64,000 bases of DNA, from the NCBI GenBank assembly GCA_000708835.1, contig DF237184.1, positions 62,001 to 126,000 on the forward strand, written 5' to 3'. Position 1 is the stretch's first letter. Each line of letters opens with the position of its first letter. Both the position numbers and the translations under genes were made by a program. The DNA comes from Klebsormidium nitens (Eukaryota > Plantae > Klebsormidiophyceae). The notes beneath the pieces were generated by a model. The model searched no databases and was not told the DNA's origin. It was given only the letters and a program-made list of their open reading frames with translations. Shown here piece by piece: positions 10,849 through 22,598 of this stretch.

Positions 10849-11805
10849 CACTAGAACCGTAAGTAAATGCTCACTTTAGTGAGCATCTGCACTGCAAGCT
10901 TCGGACATCATTTCTGTGTTGGTTTTTTGACTTGTTGGTGCAAAACAAGTTATGGCATTGCAAAACATCATGTTTTGGACTAAAACCGCCCTTGAAACTG
11001 AAGAAAATCGAAAACGACCTTCAATGGTGAAGTCAATATAGAAGATTAGTCGGACAAATATAGTGTCATTTTTACCAGGAGAATTAAGTGCTCACTTTTA
11101 GTGAGCACTTGTGGTTTTGTTGTTTTGGGGGGTCATATGAAGAAATTTCTCAAACCCACTTGGTACATGGTCAACCCAGACCCTATGGGTCATAACTACC
11201 CCCTCAACGGGTTAGGTTAAGTTATTAACCCAAGATCTACAAACCACATTTGTCAATTCTGACCCTTTTGAAAAGTAGGGACTTGGGTACACAAATTGTG
11301 CTGAATTGAGTTGGAAAGCGTAGTCTGATGGTCTTTGAGGGTTGGTTTGGCTCTTACCAAGTTTCAAACCCAAACTCTTTGAAAACCCACATTAAGCAGC
11401 AGCTACTAACCAGCTTATTTGATCTGGATAAAACTGGTGGAATTGCATGCATCCAAGATCCCCCAACATGTCGAAGTTCTGTAGAAGTGGATTTCTGGGG
11501 TCTTTAGGGTGCCTTGGACACACAAACGTCAAAAAATGTCAAGGAAAGTCTGTTCACCTAGTCAAAATCGGATTGCTTTGCTCTTGAACACTGTTTCAGG
11601 AATAAGGGAGTCTATAGGATAAATGGTTCCGAAAATTGCGGGGATCATCCCCATTTTTCGTGTACCGGGTCCCTTATAGGTACATAAGTCCGCTTATGCC
11701 TTGAAAACTTTCCATCATATATGTTGACCATAATAGGCGGTGACTTTCAAAAAGTGCTCACTAAAGTGAGCATGCTCACTAAAGTAAGCACTTACGGTTC
11801 TAGTG
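10849..11805. mobile_element. Non-autonomous piggyBac-like DNA transposon (957 bp)
   Basis: TTAA on both flanks (10845-10848, 11806-11809); perfect 16-bp TIRs CACTAGAACCGTAAGT / ACTTACGGTTCTAGTG; four GCTCACT-N2-3-AGT(G/A)AGC palindromes near 10867, 11086, 11755 and 11773; no transposase-length ORF. Confidence 0.85.
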
Positions 11806-13477
11806 TTAAGACATGTCACCAGTAGATGCGGGACCGGGTAGCTGAACCGGGCTTCCTTTTGTGGCAAAAGGTAACGCAAGTTGCAACCGTTCCGAGCGGC
11901 AACGGCCGTCGCCAGAAGCGGGTGTGACGGTTCTGGCTGTGCCTGCCGGTTTTTGGGTTTAGCTGGGGAACAATTCAACAACCCTTATACCCGGGCTACA
12001 ACCCCGGGTGGACTTGCTCATGCAGCACTCGAAGGTGCACGCAACTCATGCCAAATGAACACTGCAGGTGAAGGCCAGGTTGTCAGGCGAACTACCTAGA
12101 ACGTTTTCCAATCTACTTGTCAATCCTTGCTTTTCTCCATTCTGACGCTTTCTCATTCGAAGGTTTGCTCATTCACGAATCCACACCATTGATGAGGTGC
12201 ATTGCGAGCTCACAAGTGCTGTGATGTGCTGGTCTGCATCCTGCCGAAATTCCAGTTCATAAAGCCGCCTGCGTATACAGCTGATGGCTTGAAGTACAAG
12301 ACAGATGGACGGGCACAGAAAGCAGGGGTGCAGCAGCTGGGCCGCCTTTCCGCCCGATGCCAACCTTGACGGGGTCCCCCAAATGCACGAGCTCTATCCA
12401 GGCCTTTGCAGCCACTTTAATGCTGTGATTGATTGGGCTGTGCGGGAGAGGCAAGAGAGAGAAGCGAGAGAAGCGCCGGCAGGTCTTGTAATTGGCAACA
12501 AGAAAACAAGTTGGTGGTCAGATTGCTTCGGGCGCCTTCAAAGTTAGAACAAATACAACCTACCCATCGTCCGCTTAGCTCCGATGCCCAACTTGTGCTT
12601 GGGCGGCATGGATGTTTCTATGTTTCCTTCTCATATCCTTGCAGACACAACCCTCCTCTTTACAGGATGGTCCCTAAAAAGTTCAGAAACGGCTGAACGA
12701 GCACTTCAAGGTCACACGTTTATGTCATGTGTGCCTTCGACTTGAGTACGAACCTTGATCCGTCAGCACATGGCATGCATGCTGGCGCCATTTCAGCGTC
12801 GTAATTGCAAGACATTCACACGCGCGTTCGTTCATGGTGCCCGGCTAATCGTGAAATGCAACCTCAATACACATTCTGGTGCAATTCGCTTGCACCTCCT
12901 GCACTCGCCCATGCATGTAAGCTCAACAGCATGTAAATTACTTGGTTCGGTGGGAACCCGTTGCATGTACGTACCACTTAAGTGTGTCGGTATACCTCTT
13001 CCAGCTCCGACTCAACTACATTCCCGACGCTGAGCTTTTGGAAGTATTTTTTGACCGATATTAGTGCAGAAAAGGCGCCTTTTGACCCATGGAGTCTTTC
13101 GTACTATAGACGTGATGCAAGTAGAGGGGGAACTGATGTATGTAACCATATTTTCTTGGGGTGCCCAGATGATGCATGCAGTTGAGTGAAGAATGCAGCG
13201 AACCGGTCAAGATTTAGTGTGGTGCGCAGCGCATACCTTCTGCATGTTCTTCACGTTGACTGCCAAATCCGAACCGCCCATTGATCGACGACAATCCGTT
13301 CGACTCAGAGGGCATGATCTGGTCATCTCGCATGCTACCAATACCAGGCAAGTAAGGTCACCCTCGGCGCTTGATGCAATCTACCATCTAGGTCCGGTTG
13401 ACAAGGCCTCCGCGATGGAAGACCGAGTCGCCTAACATGTACAAGTATCGAACCTCGTGTATAATCCAGTGTCCAAT

Positions 13478-15160
13478 TCAGAAGAGGTCATCATATGCGA
13501 CGATGCTTCGGCCCCCTGCCGGTCCCCTCCCTTGCCTCTCTGCTTCTGTCTTCTGCTTTGCCAGAACGGCCGCGGCGGTGGCAGCGGCCACTTCGGCCGC
13601 CTTGCTGAGCGCATCCCTCTTGTCAATAATCCCCGCTTGAGGGTCAACGACGAAACCACCGACGCCGATCTTCCAGGCGGGCATGGCGCCCTGAGCCAAC
13701 GACATGTACGGCTTGCGCCCCAGAATGTCGATGCTGTCCGCTGACTGAAGGGCCGTCTCCGCATCTGGTCGCGATCTGCATTGCAAAATTACAGGGCTGG
13801 AGTTTGACTCAAAGGGAACAAAGATCCTGTTTCCAGGGAGGGGGCGAGACTTGCGCGTCGGGAGACAAGAGGCGGACGAGATGAAGAATCGAAGAAGGCA
13901 AGGCTGCTAAGAGCAAGCACAGGCTACTGCTTGGCTGCTGACTGCCAACGTTCCTGACAACAAGCGCAGTTCCTGATCTCTAAGTAATGTGGGTCAGCAA
14001 TCTCTCCATCGTGTCCTGCGAAGCTCAGCAAGTCTCTCTTGTCGAACATGTTCCATCATTAGCAGTCCAAAGTCTTGTTCGAGAGACGTCGGACAGCCAA
14101 ACGGAAGACGACTTACAACCACCTTCGGTTCCTTTCACTTCCAGAAACGACAATGACCTGCGCACCGCGCCCTTTCGACTTGACTAAGATTGAAGGAAAA
14201 CCAGAGGGACAATTGGTGACTCCAGTAGGCAACAGCCCTCCCATTGTACGGCCAGAGTACGCTTCTCATCCATATTCACTCTCACCTGAACGTAACGAAC
14301 CCGTAGCACTGGCCCGTGATCATCTTGGCTTCCTTGACGTCTCCAAACCGCTCAAACGTCCTCCGCAAGTCCCACTTGCTCGTGTGCGCCTCAATGTCCC
14401 CCACATACAGCGTCGCCCTCTGGTCTTCTTCACTCGGGGTCCGAGGGGGCTGGTACCTCGCTCTTCGCCGGTCGGGCTCGAAACGGGGACTGCCCCTCCC
14501 TTCCCGTGCGCCCATTCGAAACTTCGTTTCAGCGGGGGATAGAGGCAGGTCTCCACTTTTCCGCCGCTTGCGACCCCTCTCATCGTCCTCCGCTGGGCTC
14601 GAACTGCGGGGATCCCTCTCAGCGCCGGACCTCTCCCGTTTCCCCCGGCGCCAGTCGGAACTCTCCGCTCCTCCACGCACCGACCTATTGTTTCGCTCTC
14701 TCCGCGTGTTTGTCGCAGGATCATCCCGCCGGCTCACCTCGCCCCGGTTGCTCTCATTGCGCTCCCTGTCAATCACACCCGCTTCGTGCATATCACTTTC
14801 ACATGACGTCCCCCCATCTTGGCCTCTTTCTTTGGTGCCTTCTTCACTTACTATGTTCGCTGTAGCCGTGTCGCCGTCCACTCTGTTCATGAACTCACCG
14901 GAAATTTCCGCAGTGTCTCGATCAGACACCTCTCCATTCCTGCGTGCATTCACACCTTCTAATTCCAGTGCCCCCTCTGTCTCTCTCCCCAGAGCTGGAA
15001 TTTTAAGACTTTCGGGGTTTGGTTCTCCCGTTGCAGCCGGTTTCCTTACACCACCCATTTGAGTGTCGCTCTCCTGACCGCAAACTTCCGAGGCGTTCTC
15101 TGTCTGCAAATGAAAAATGGGACTCAGGCTGATAAGCAGAAGGCTTACCACCACCTCCAT
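13478..15160 (-). CDS. RRM-domain RNA-binding protein with a long R/E/S-rich disordered N-terminal region
   Basis: RNP2 TLYVGDI and RNP1 CYGFVTF. Donor ttcag|gtgaga at 14286 splices in phase to acceptor tgcag|atcgcg at 13775 and completes the RRM (RSRPDAETALQSADSIDILGRKPYMSLA); stop at 13478-13480. Confidence 0.85.
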
Positions 15161-15851
15161 CGAACGCTTCCTTTCAGCTGACCGCTTTTGGAGGTGTTTC
15201 TTTTCAAGACCAAAACCACAGAGCTCCGACCATGTAGATATCCACTGATATACCTTTGATACACTGGTTTGGCATTATGGTTGTTACACCTGAAGGTAGT
15301 TCTAAATGACCCTCATGAACGAACTATTGATCAAGGGTGCACATCTCTGAATGCAATTATCAAAGCGTGAGCGCTGACGGCGCTGATCCGCACCAACAAG
15401 CGCTCAAGTTGTAGAAAAAGGTGGTTAAACAGGCTACGAGCTTCTACGCACTTCCTGCTTACTCAGACTTTCACATAGTATTGCCACATTACTGCCGACC
15501 ATTACCACGACAAAGAACTACTGTTTGAGCAGCCACTAAACCACCTCCAGGAATAGAAGCAAAGCTGTAATCCTCACCACTTCACCATCATCAAAGCCTT
15601 TTGACACAAAAACTGAGACGCAATTGACCAAGAAGCAACTTTGACTTGGAGAGAGACTGGACAAAGGCAATGCGCTCACCGGAAGCTTCTCGTCTTCTGA
15701 AGCGGAATGCTTGCTTGGCCCGGAAGGCCTCTCAGCCAGAGTGCCCATCTCAAAACTTCTGTGATTCCCTAGCCCTGTCGGTTGGAACACACTGCTCTTG
15801 TGAAACAAATCCCTTTCCGCGGCCCGCCCCGCCCTAATCAGCGCTCTGATA

Positions 15852-16209
15852 GCATGGTCACATCTGAGCTTTGGAAAAAGTTTGGGAATTGCGCCCAAAC
15901 AAATTCACGGTACCGAGAATGCCTTCCCGGTCACATCTACCAAGTTTTGGAAGTTCGGTAGCGAGGAGGGAACATTGAAAGCTCCCGTGATATCCGGGAT
16001 AGTAATCATCGGATTATAGTACCAGTCTACGCACCGGTCTTTTCGGAAGCGCTAGCTACCGAAACCTCGGTACCGAACTTTTGCGGAGTCCCAGCGTTTA
16101 GGGTCGGGTGTGTTTCTCGGTACCGAACATCGATAAAATCGAGAGCTTGGTACCGAGAAAGCTCCAAATTTCACCGTCGGGACTCCAAAACGCGTAGATG
16201 TGACCATGC
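15852..16209. mobile_element. 358-bp MITE with TA target duplication
   Basis: TA-GCATGGTCACATCT (15850-15865) ... AGATGTGACCATGC-TA (16196-16211); internal ggtaccga at 15909, 16069, 16119 and 16149. Confidence 0.75.
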
Positions 16210-16653
16210 TATTAGTTTGAGTCTCCTTGTCCAAACCAATACTCCAAACCAATGCAGGGACCACATGCAGCAGGGGCCGGTTCCTGGAAACAAATAACAG
16301 AATGCGCTCAAACAATGTGGAACCTAGCGCAACAAGATTCTAGGCGTCAACTTTCCTTCTCCAGAAGCGCGCGATGCCTGTACAAAAATCGCGCCGATCG
16401 ATGCTGACAGCTGGCTCCTTGCAGTGTGCACTACAGACTCATTAAAACAAAGCAGGTTGCCGTGGCTGCTGCTGAGCTGCGAGGAAGCTGTGTTCCCCAA
16501 TTCCGTGACATTTGTTCAGTGTTTTCAAAGGGAAAGCCACTTCAAAGTGGACAGCTTTGGCGCACTTCCACAGAGTCCAACTTCCAGTTCAAACTTTGCT
16601 TCCTGCTTCTTTTGAAGTGATTCATCCGGTCAATTGCAGTAATAAGCGCCGCC

Positions 16654-19600
16654 ATGTCTGCCCCTCAGCGCACCAACGATCACGCCCCCTACCCGACCGG
16701 GGTCTCAAGCGCCGGTTTGCCCAACAGCAATCCCACCTTTGGTATTCCGGTCGCCGCCCCTTATGTTGCGGGAGACTCCACCAGAGTGAGCGGGGCCCCC
16801 GCCCCACCTCCTGGGACGGGAGCTCAGTCCGCCACCTGGCAGCAGCCTGCGGCGCCAGCTGGCGAGACATTCCACAGCAATGTTGCGGCCGGAGGAGCGC
16901 CGCCCGCAGCGGGGGGGCAGAGTGCGTACGTGCAAACGCAGCCGGTGAAAGGGAGTGAGTGCACCGCCCCTGCTCTTATAGCTGCTTGCTTGGATGTGAA
17001 ACGGAATGTGGAAAGGGCTATTTCTCACCCGCTTCTGATCAGATAGATGCCAATAAATGGTCAAGATGACCATCCTATGTGGTCATTGATCTGATTCTTG
17101 CATGCAAATGGAGATTTACAGGCATGGTGGTTGGCGCTGAGTTTCAAGACCTTGCTGGTGGAAGGAAATTGCATCTAGAGTGCTGGGCTTCATCAGTGAT
17201 CTTTGAAATGTTTGTCCTTTAGTTGCACTCAACAATCCAATATGAGGGGTTCTGGAAAGTTTAGTCATGCTTTTTAAGTCCAGATGCCATTTCACTGCTT
17301 GTTGTTCAGGGACAGCCCCATCGGTTTCTCTGACACTGGCGCCTCTTTTACTTTCTGGCGCAGACTTGTTTGACAAATTCGTCACCCACAGCAAGATTGC
17401 CCTCAACCAGGCAGAGGACGTAGCGCGAAAAGCAGCAGGACACGGTGAGGCGTTCAAATGGGACAAAGCTTTTCCTTGTCCCTTGACCAGGTCAGGCTAG
17501 AAAGTTCGGGGCAGTGCACACAGGCTGCGGTTGCAAGCAGTTTGTTAAAAGAGTAACTGACGTGGATATCGAGGCCAATTGACGGGCAGTGCCTAGCTGT
17601 AGATTCATTTACGAAGGTGTCGTCTTTTCACAGATGTTCCCTAAACAAAATGGTCTGATAGTTTGTCAAGAAGTGCACTATAGAGAAGCTGATTAGGAGT
17701 AAGCTATCTGTTGCAGTCATGGCCTGCTTCATGATCCAGAGACTGAGTGGCAATTTTAGATCTGCACTTTTGAATTGTTGGTTTGGTACCTTGAAAGTCT
17801 TTGTAAATAATATCCAACAGCTCTTAGTTGTCAGAAGCTGCAAAGCTAGCTTTTCGTAAGTTCATTCTTGAGGAGATTGACTACAGGAAATATGATCGTT
17901 TTTGTGGCTGTTGCAAACATGTTTGCAATTGCTAACCAATTGCGCGGAAAGCCAGCATCTGAGCCCAATGAAGAGACGCGACTGTTGGCGCCACGTGCGA
18001 TGCGACTGTTGGCGCCATGCCCCGACTCAAGACCTGACTCAAAAGCTTCTGCAACTGGGATCAGACCTTTTCATTGTCATTCTCATTTCGCTACAGTCAG
18101 CGCCGGGGGCACAACCGGCAGTTCGCTGTCCACTGTGTGGGGCAAGCTCGAGTCGGGCGCCAAGCAGCTGATGAAGGGCGGCCAAGAGCCCTTCTGGCGC
18201 GACATCTTCCACCCGGCCCCGAGCGAGACCCTCCTGGGAGGTGCGCTATGGTCTGTTTCCTTTTAAGGTTGTGCGACAACGACGAAATGCATTTTGGTCT
18301 CTGTTCCTGCTACAAACGCTTGCTGTGCGAGGGATACTTTTGCTTTTTGTTCGACTGCGTGCTGTGCAAAATAAGGAGTGTGCTTGCGTCGCCACTGTCA
18401 AACGCCGCTAGTGAATCGAAGTTTCAGGTGAAGGCGCTGTATCCGACAAATGAGCACATGTCGCGGGCTGATAAAAGAGCGGCTCGTGGCGGAAGCTCTG
18501 GCCTGTACTTGGAGGCTACGTCCCCCATGCAAGGGCGAAACCTGTGTGCCACAGGACGACCCGTATTAGAAATGGAGGAAAGGACTTCATCATTCTGTTT
18601 CACCACATACCCGGCTAGAAAACTGAGAGGCATATTGGCCTGTAAAATACCTTCGTATCCTCGTCCCTTACTATTTGGGACAAGTAACTAGCTCCGGAGA
18701 GTCTCTGTCGCGTCACCTTGGCCCGGACTTTGAAAGGCCCTACTCTGACCTACAGACCCGTAATCGTGTGTCTTGTTTTTTGCTGCAGTCTATGCGACCC
18801 ACTTCTCCACTGAGAGGGGCCCTGTGGCGGGGAACCTGTTCCTCAGCAGCGAAAACGCAGCCTTCTGCTCCGATAGGGCCCTGGAGTACCAGGCAGCACC
18901 GGGCGCCGTTCAGAAGGCATACTACAAGGTAAGAACCAGACTCGCGTCACCTGCAGAGTCCTATTTGGATTTTCTATTTTGATTTCCGAAAAATTTCGAA
19001 CTTGTCCTTGTTCTAGTCCTTGTGGGAGTTGATGGACTCTCGATTGTCCCCGAGTCACGATAAAAAGCAGACTCCGGGCTGTTGGATGCCACAAAGCGCA
19101 CCACTCTGATGGGTACCATTCTCATCTAGACTTCGTTGCAGAACAGGTCCAGAAACATTCTCGAATATCTTAGCTCTTGCGTTCATTCGTCGATCTGTTT
19201 TCGACTTGAGATTGGTCGTGCGCGCACTTCCAGTCGTCAACATTAAGCAGACCTTCCTCGGCTGTGGGAGACAAAAGTCACGTGCCCTTAAATCGAGTAT
19301 CAGCCTTAAGGAAACAATCCTGTAGTCGTACCCAACTGTTTTACGTCATCTCGTTCTCGCAGCTGAATGTGCCGCTCGACAAGACTGCGAAACCTTTTTC
19401 GCTGCCCAACATGAACTCGGCCGCTCTTACTTGCTGACGCTAAAACCAGCGCGTTGCGCCATCGTACTGCGTCTTCCTTACGTTATCTGCTCTCCGCAGC
19501 ATCATCCTGTTGCTCGACCATATCACGAAGTTGGAGACGCTGCTACCACGACACGTCTGCTCTTCCACATGCTCGTAGAGAAAAAGCAGAATTTTACTGC

Positions 19601-20952
19601 ATCGTATAGAAGAATGTCTCCTTACGTCATCTTATCCCGCAGCTGAACCTACCGCTCGACAAGCTTGCGAGCATGTTTCGCTTGCCCAACAGAACCACAT
19701 CCGCTCTTCCACTTGCTCGGACACCAAAAGCAGCTCGTTACGTCATCGTACTCCAGCCTTTTCTCACGTTCTTTTTTTCTTATTTGCAGCTGATCCTGCC
19801 GCTCGACAAGATTGCGAATGTGGAGACGCTGCCCAATCCGCAGCGCCCCAAGGATCAGTACGTCAAAATCTCAACCACCGACAATCACGAGGTAAGGCGG
19901 CTCTCTTTTCGAAGTACACACGCTTTCTCTCCTAACTAAAACTGCACCCTTCTTATTCTCGGCGGAGGCTGCTTCTTGAAAAGCCGACTATAAGAATCAC
20001 GAAATACACCTTGATTCTTTCTTTGGACGAGTCTCAGTGAAGCGTGCAGTGTTCATTATTCAGCAAGATCAAAGATCTGTTTGCAACCACTGGCCGCTGA
20101 CAGACAACCTCAATTTCCGCTTCCATCAATACGGGAGTTGCAGATCAACGCCCGCATATTTTGTATCCTTGCCTGTCTTTATTTGCCACGTTGGCAGCTC
20201 TCGCCATTCATCGCTGTTGTGTTCCGATGCCCTTGTCGTGTGGCCTCCTCCGACAAAGTTTTTTGTTGCGGGTGTCGCAAGACAAAGCAGAATTTGAACT
20301 TGTGGACGCACTAGGTTTGGGATTTCCGAAAAGCGTTTGGGATTGAGTAGGCTGGAAATATTTGATACTTAATGTCGAAAAGGTTTCTTTTTTGGGCTTA
20401 TGAATTGCTCATTCGTGAAAGGTGTAACATTTTGGATTAGGCAGATGCTTCTTCCTCCCATTCTTTTGCCGGAGGGAAATACACCCGGCGGTGCTACCCT
20501 TTACTGAGATCAATAAAGTGCGGCTCGAATCAATGTCCGGCTAATGCATCTCTACCTGTGCATTTTGTCAGCGTCCTTCGGGGACTGTCAAAACGACATT
20601 GACGGTCTACTCTTGCTCTTCCCACCGACTTAAAGGTCGGGGGCGTCTCGTAAAATGCGTAAATGATAGTGGCCGAAGCTACAAAAAGCTGCACAATCGT
20701 TGCGAGTTTTAAGGGTCTGCCCTTCCTCACGTCCGGCCCCCTTTTCTAGAAGCCCAACCATTCTGCTCCGTTCCGTTGCAGTTCTGGTTCCTGGCGTTCT
20801 TCGACCTGACCAGGGCGGTGGAGGCAGTCCAGGTGGCGGTCACATCGGCACGCAGCCGGCAATACACGTCGGGGTCGTCGGGCATGCCTAGCACGGGGAC
20901 AACCGCGACCGGAGTTCCCGCGAGCAGCGTTCCGCCGACAAGCCACGTGTAA
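16654..20952 (+). CDS. GEM-like GRAM-domain protein
   Basis: Phase-consistent exons 16654-16954, 17364-17444, 18097-18240, 18789-18928, 19790-19891, 20782-20952. Family motifs: FSTERGPVAGNLFLS, AFCSDRAL, YYK.ILPL, YVKISTTDNHEFWFLAF. Confidence 0.92.
19340..19860 (+). repeat. Four tandem units of acceptor plus exon-5 start in the GRAM gene (three decayed, one functional)
   Basis: Units follow cag acceptors at 19363 (LNVPLDKTAK), 19500 (IILLLDHITKLETL, shifted by 1 nt), 19643 (LNLPLDKLAS) and 19790 (real: LILPLDKIANVETLP); spacings 137, 143, 147 bp. Confidence 0.9.
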
Positions 20953-22598
20953 CGATGACAATTTTGGTATCTGCTTCCTTCATCGTCAAACCTGTATATT
21001 ACGCATGTGCTGAAGAGCTTGTCGGAGGGGTGGCCTTACGAAGTGGTCGTGGAGAGCTGCTTCGAAGCTCAAGGGGCCACTGGCTAGCCCCTGAGGGCAA
21101 GTTACATAGGGCGAATTACATAGACACATGCACTTTCTTAGTACGCCCTACTGGAGCGTATTCCCATGCATAATCATTTTGACAAAGGTCATCGTGTAAT
21201 ACAACATCTGGTGTCAGTTGCCATGGGCATCCGGCCCTATGCCAACTTGGGCAGCACGACGTGATTTTCGAAGTTAAGACGGTCAGGGCCAATTGTACGA
21301 GAATGTACTGGCTTTACCAGATTATTGAAACTGCAAGCTCGGTGTCCTAGCTCTGGCGTCGAGGACTCCATGCCGTCTACTATCCATTGAGACATCGTGC
21401 AAATAATAGTGCCAGCGCATATGATGCAATATTGCAATGCGATTTGTAAATGGCATGCATGTAGATGTTGACATGTCAACTAGCCTGCCGGCAGCTTGTA
21501 CATGCTACTCAACGATTTTATAGAATCCATGTTGCGCGATAATTCGACCGATCGACCACTACATATATAGGTTATTGGCGGGATATCAGTGAGGCACTCC
21601 GGCGTACCATGAGCATGTATCATTGCATGCATATATGCAATCTTTAGTATACGGACAACTCATTCAAACTCGAGTCCCCGCATGTGCGTCGACGAGCTAT
21701 AGGTTACTGACTGCAACTTCCCATTTATCAACGCCCTTAGCCTCATGCAGCCAATGATTGAGCTGGCACGATCTCTGGCCGAACCGGAATGGGTGTTTTT
21801 AATTGACTCTACGTAGCCGTGCTTGCCGCATGCTAAGTTCGGCTGTAAGTCATGTTCAGGAAAATGCAAATAACCTTAAAAGTTCAATGATGCTAACGAC
21901 TTTTATTAGCTAGCACATGTGCGAGATGCGTGAATTGGATATATGATGAGTCTATGGACGGCCTAAGCTGGCGCTGCCTTATGTAGAAACCGGAATGATT
22001 GCCCTGCCTGAGAATGGCAAGGCCTAAGTGACACATAATTGCAAGTTAAGTGTGTACCGGCATCAGAAGTTCCACCCACAGAACTACCGAAGCCTGGCCG
22101 TACAGTCAGATTAGTCCAAATTAAGTTACGAGCTACATGAAATGTATAGGTCAGACGTGCACCGTCTGGTTCCCACTACACTTGACGACCAAGCAATCAG
22201 ATTCCAGCTAGACTGCGGTTAACCTGCCATGAAGCCCACAATCTGTAGGCTTCTAAGTCTTTTATGATCGACTCACTACATTAATTGTACATGTCTACTA
22301 ATGACCTGGTCGCCACATCCTGCAATCTACCATGTTACGTTAACAATCAGTTCATTGTGGAAAGTTATGGTGCCAATTAGACAATCAAATCTTAATACCA
22401 ACGACGAGCATATGTTGCCCCGAATCAATGCCCTAAGAGCAAGCAGACGGTGTGCTTGTATCAAACCTTGCATGTACAACGCATTTTTTCGGACGAAGCA
22501 TTACGTATGTTTAAAGAAAGAAAGGGCTTCCCAAATGCTTCGTCTTCTTTCGACGAACCATTCCCATGTTTTCCCAAACGCTTCCGATCTTCCGATGC

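Noticed and set aside
15536-15898. 120-aa minus-strand ORF upstream of the RRM gene
   Set aside because: Starts inside the MITE and has no recognisable features.
19363-19860. CRISPR-like repeat-spacer appearance of the roughly 145-bp units
   Set aside because: The units are diverged copies of an exon junction in a eukaryotic intron; there are no identical repeats and no cas genes.
21170-22450. CATG-rich intergenic tracts (also 2640-3300, 12700-13430, 35560-36400) suggestive of TE remnants
   Set aside because: No TIRs, TSDs or coding motifs could be defined by eye.
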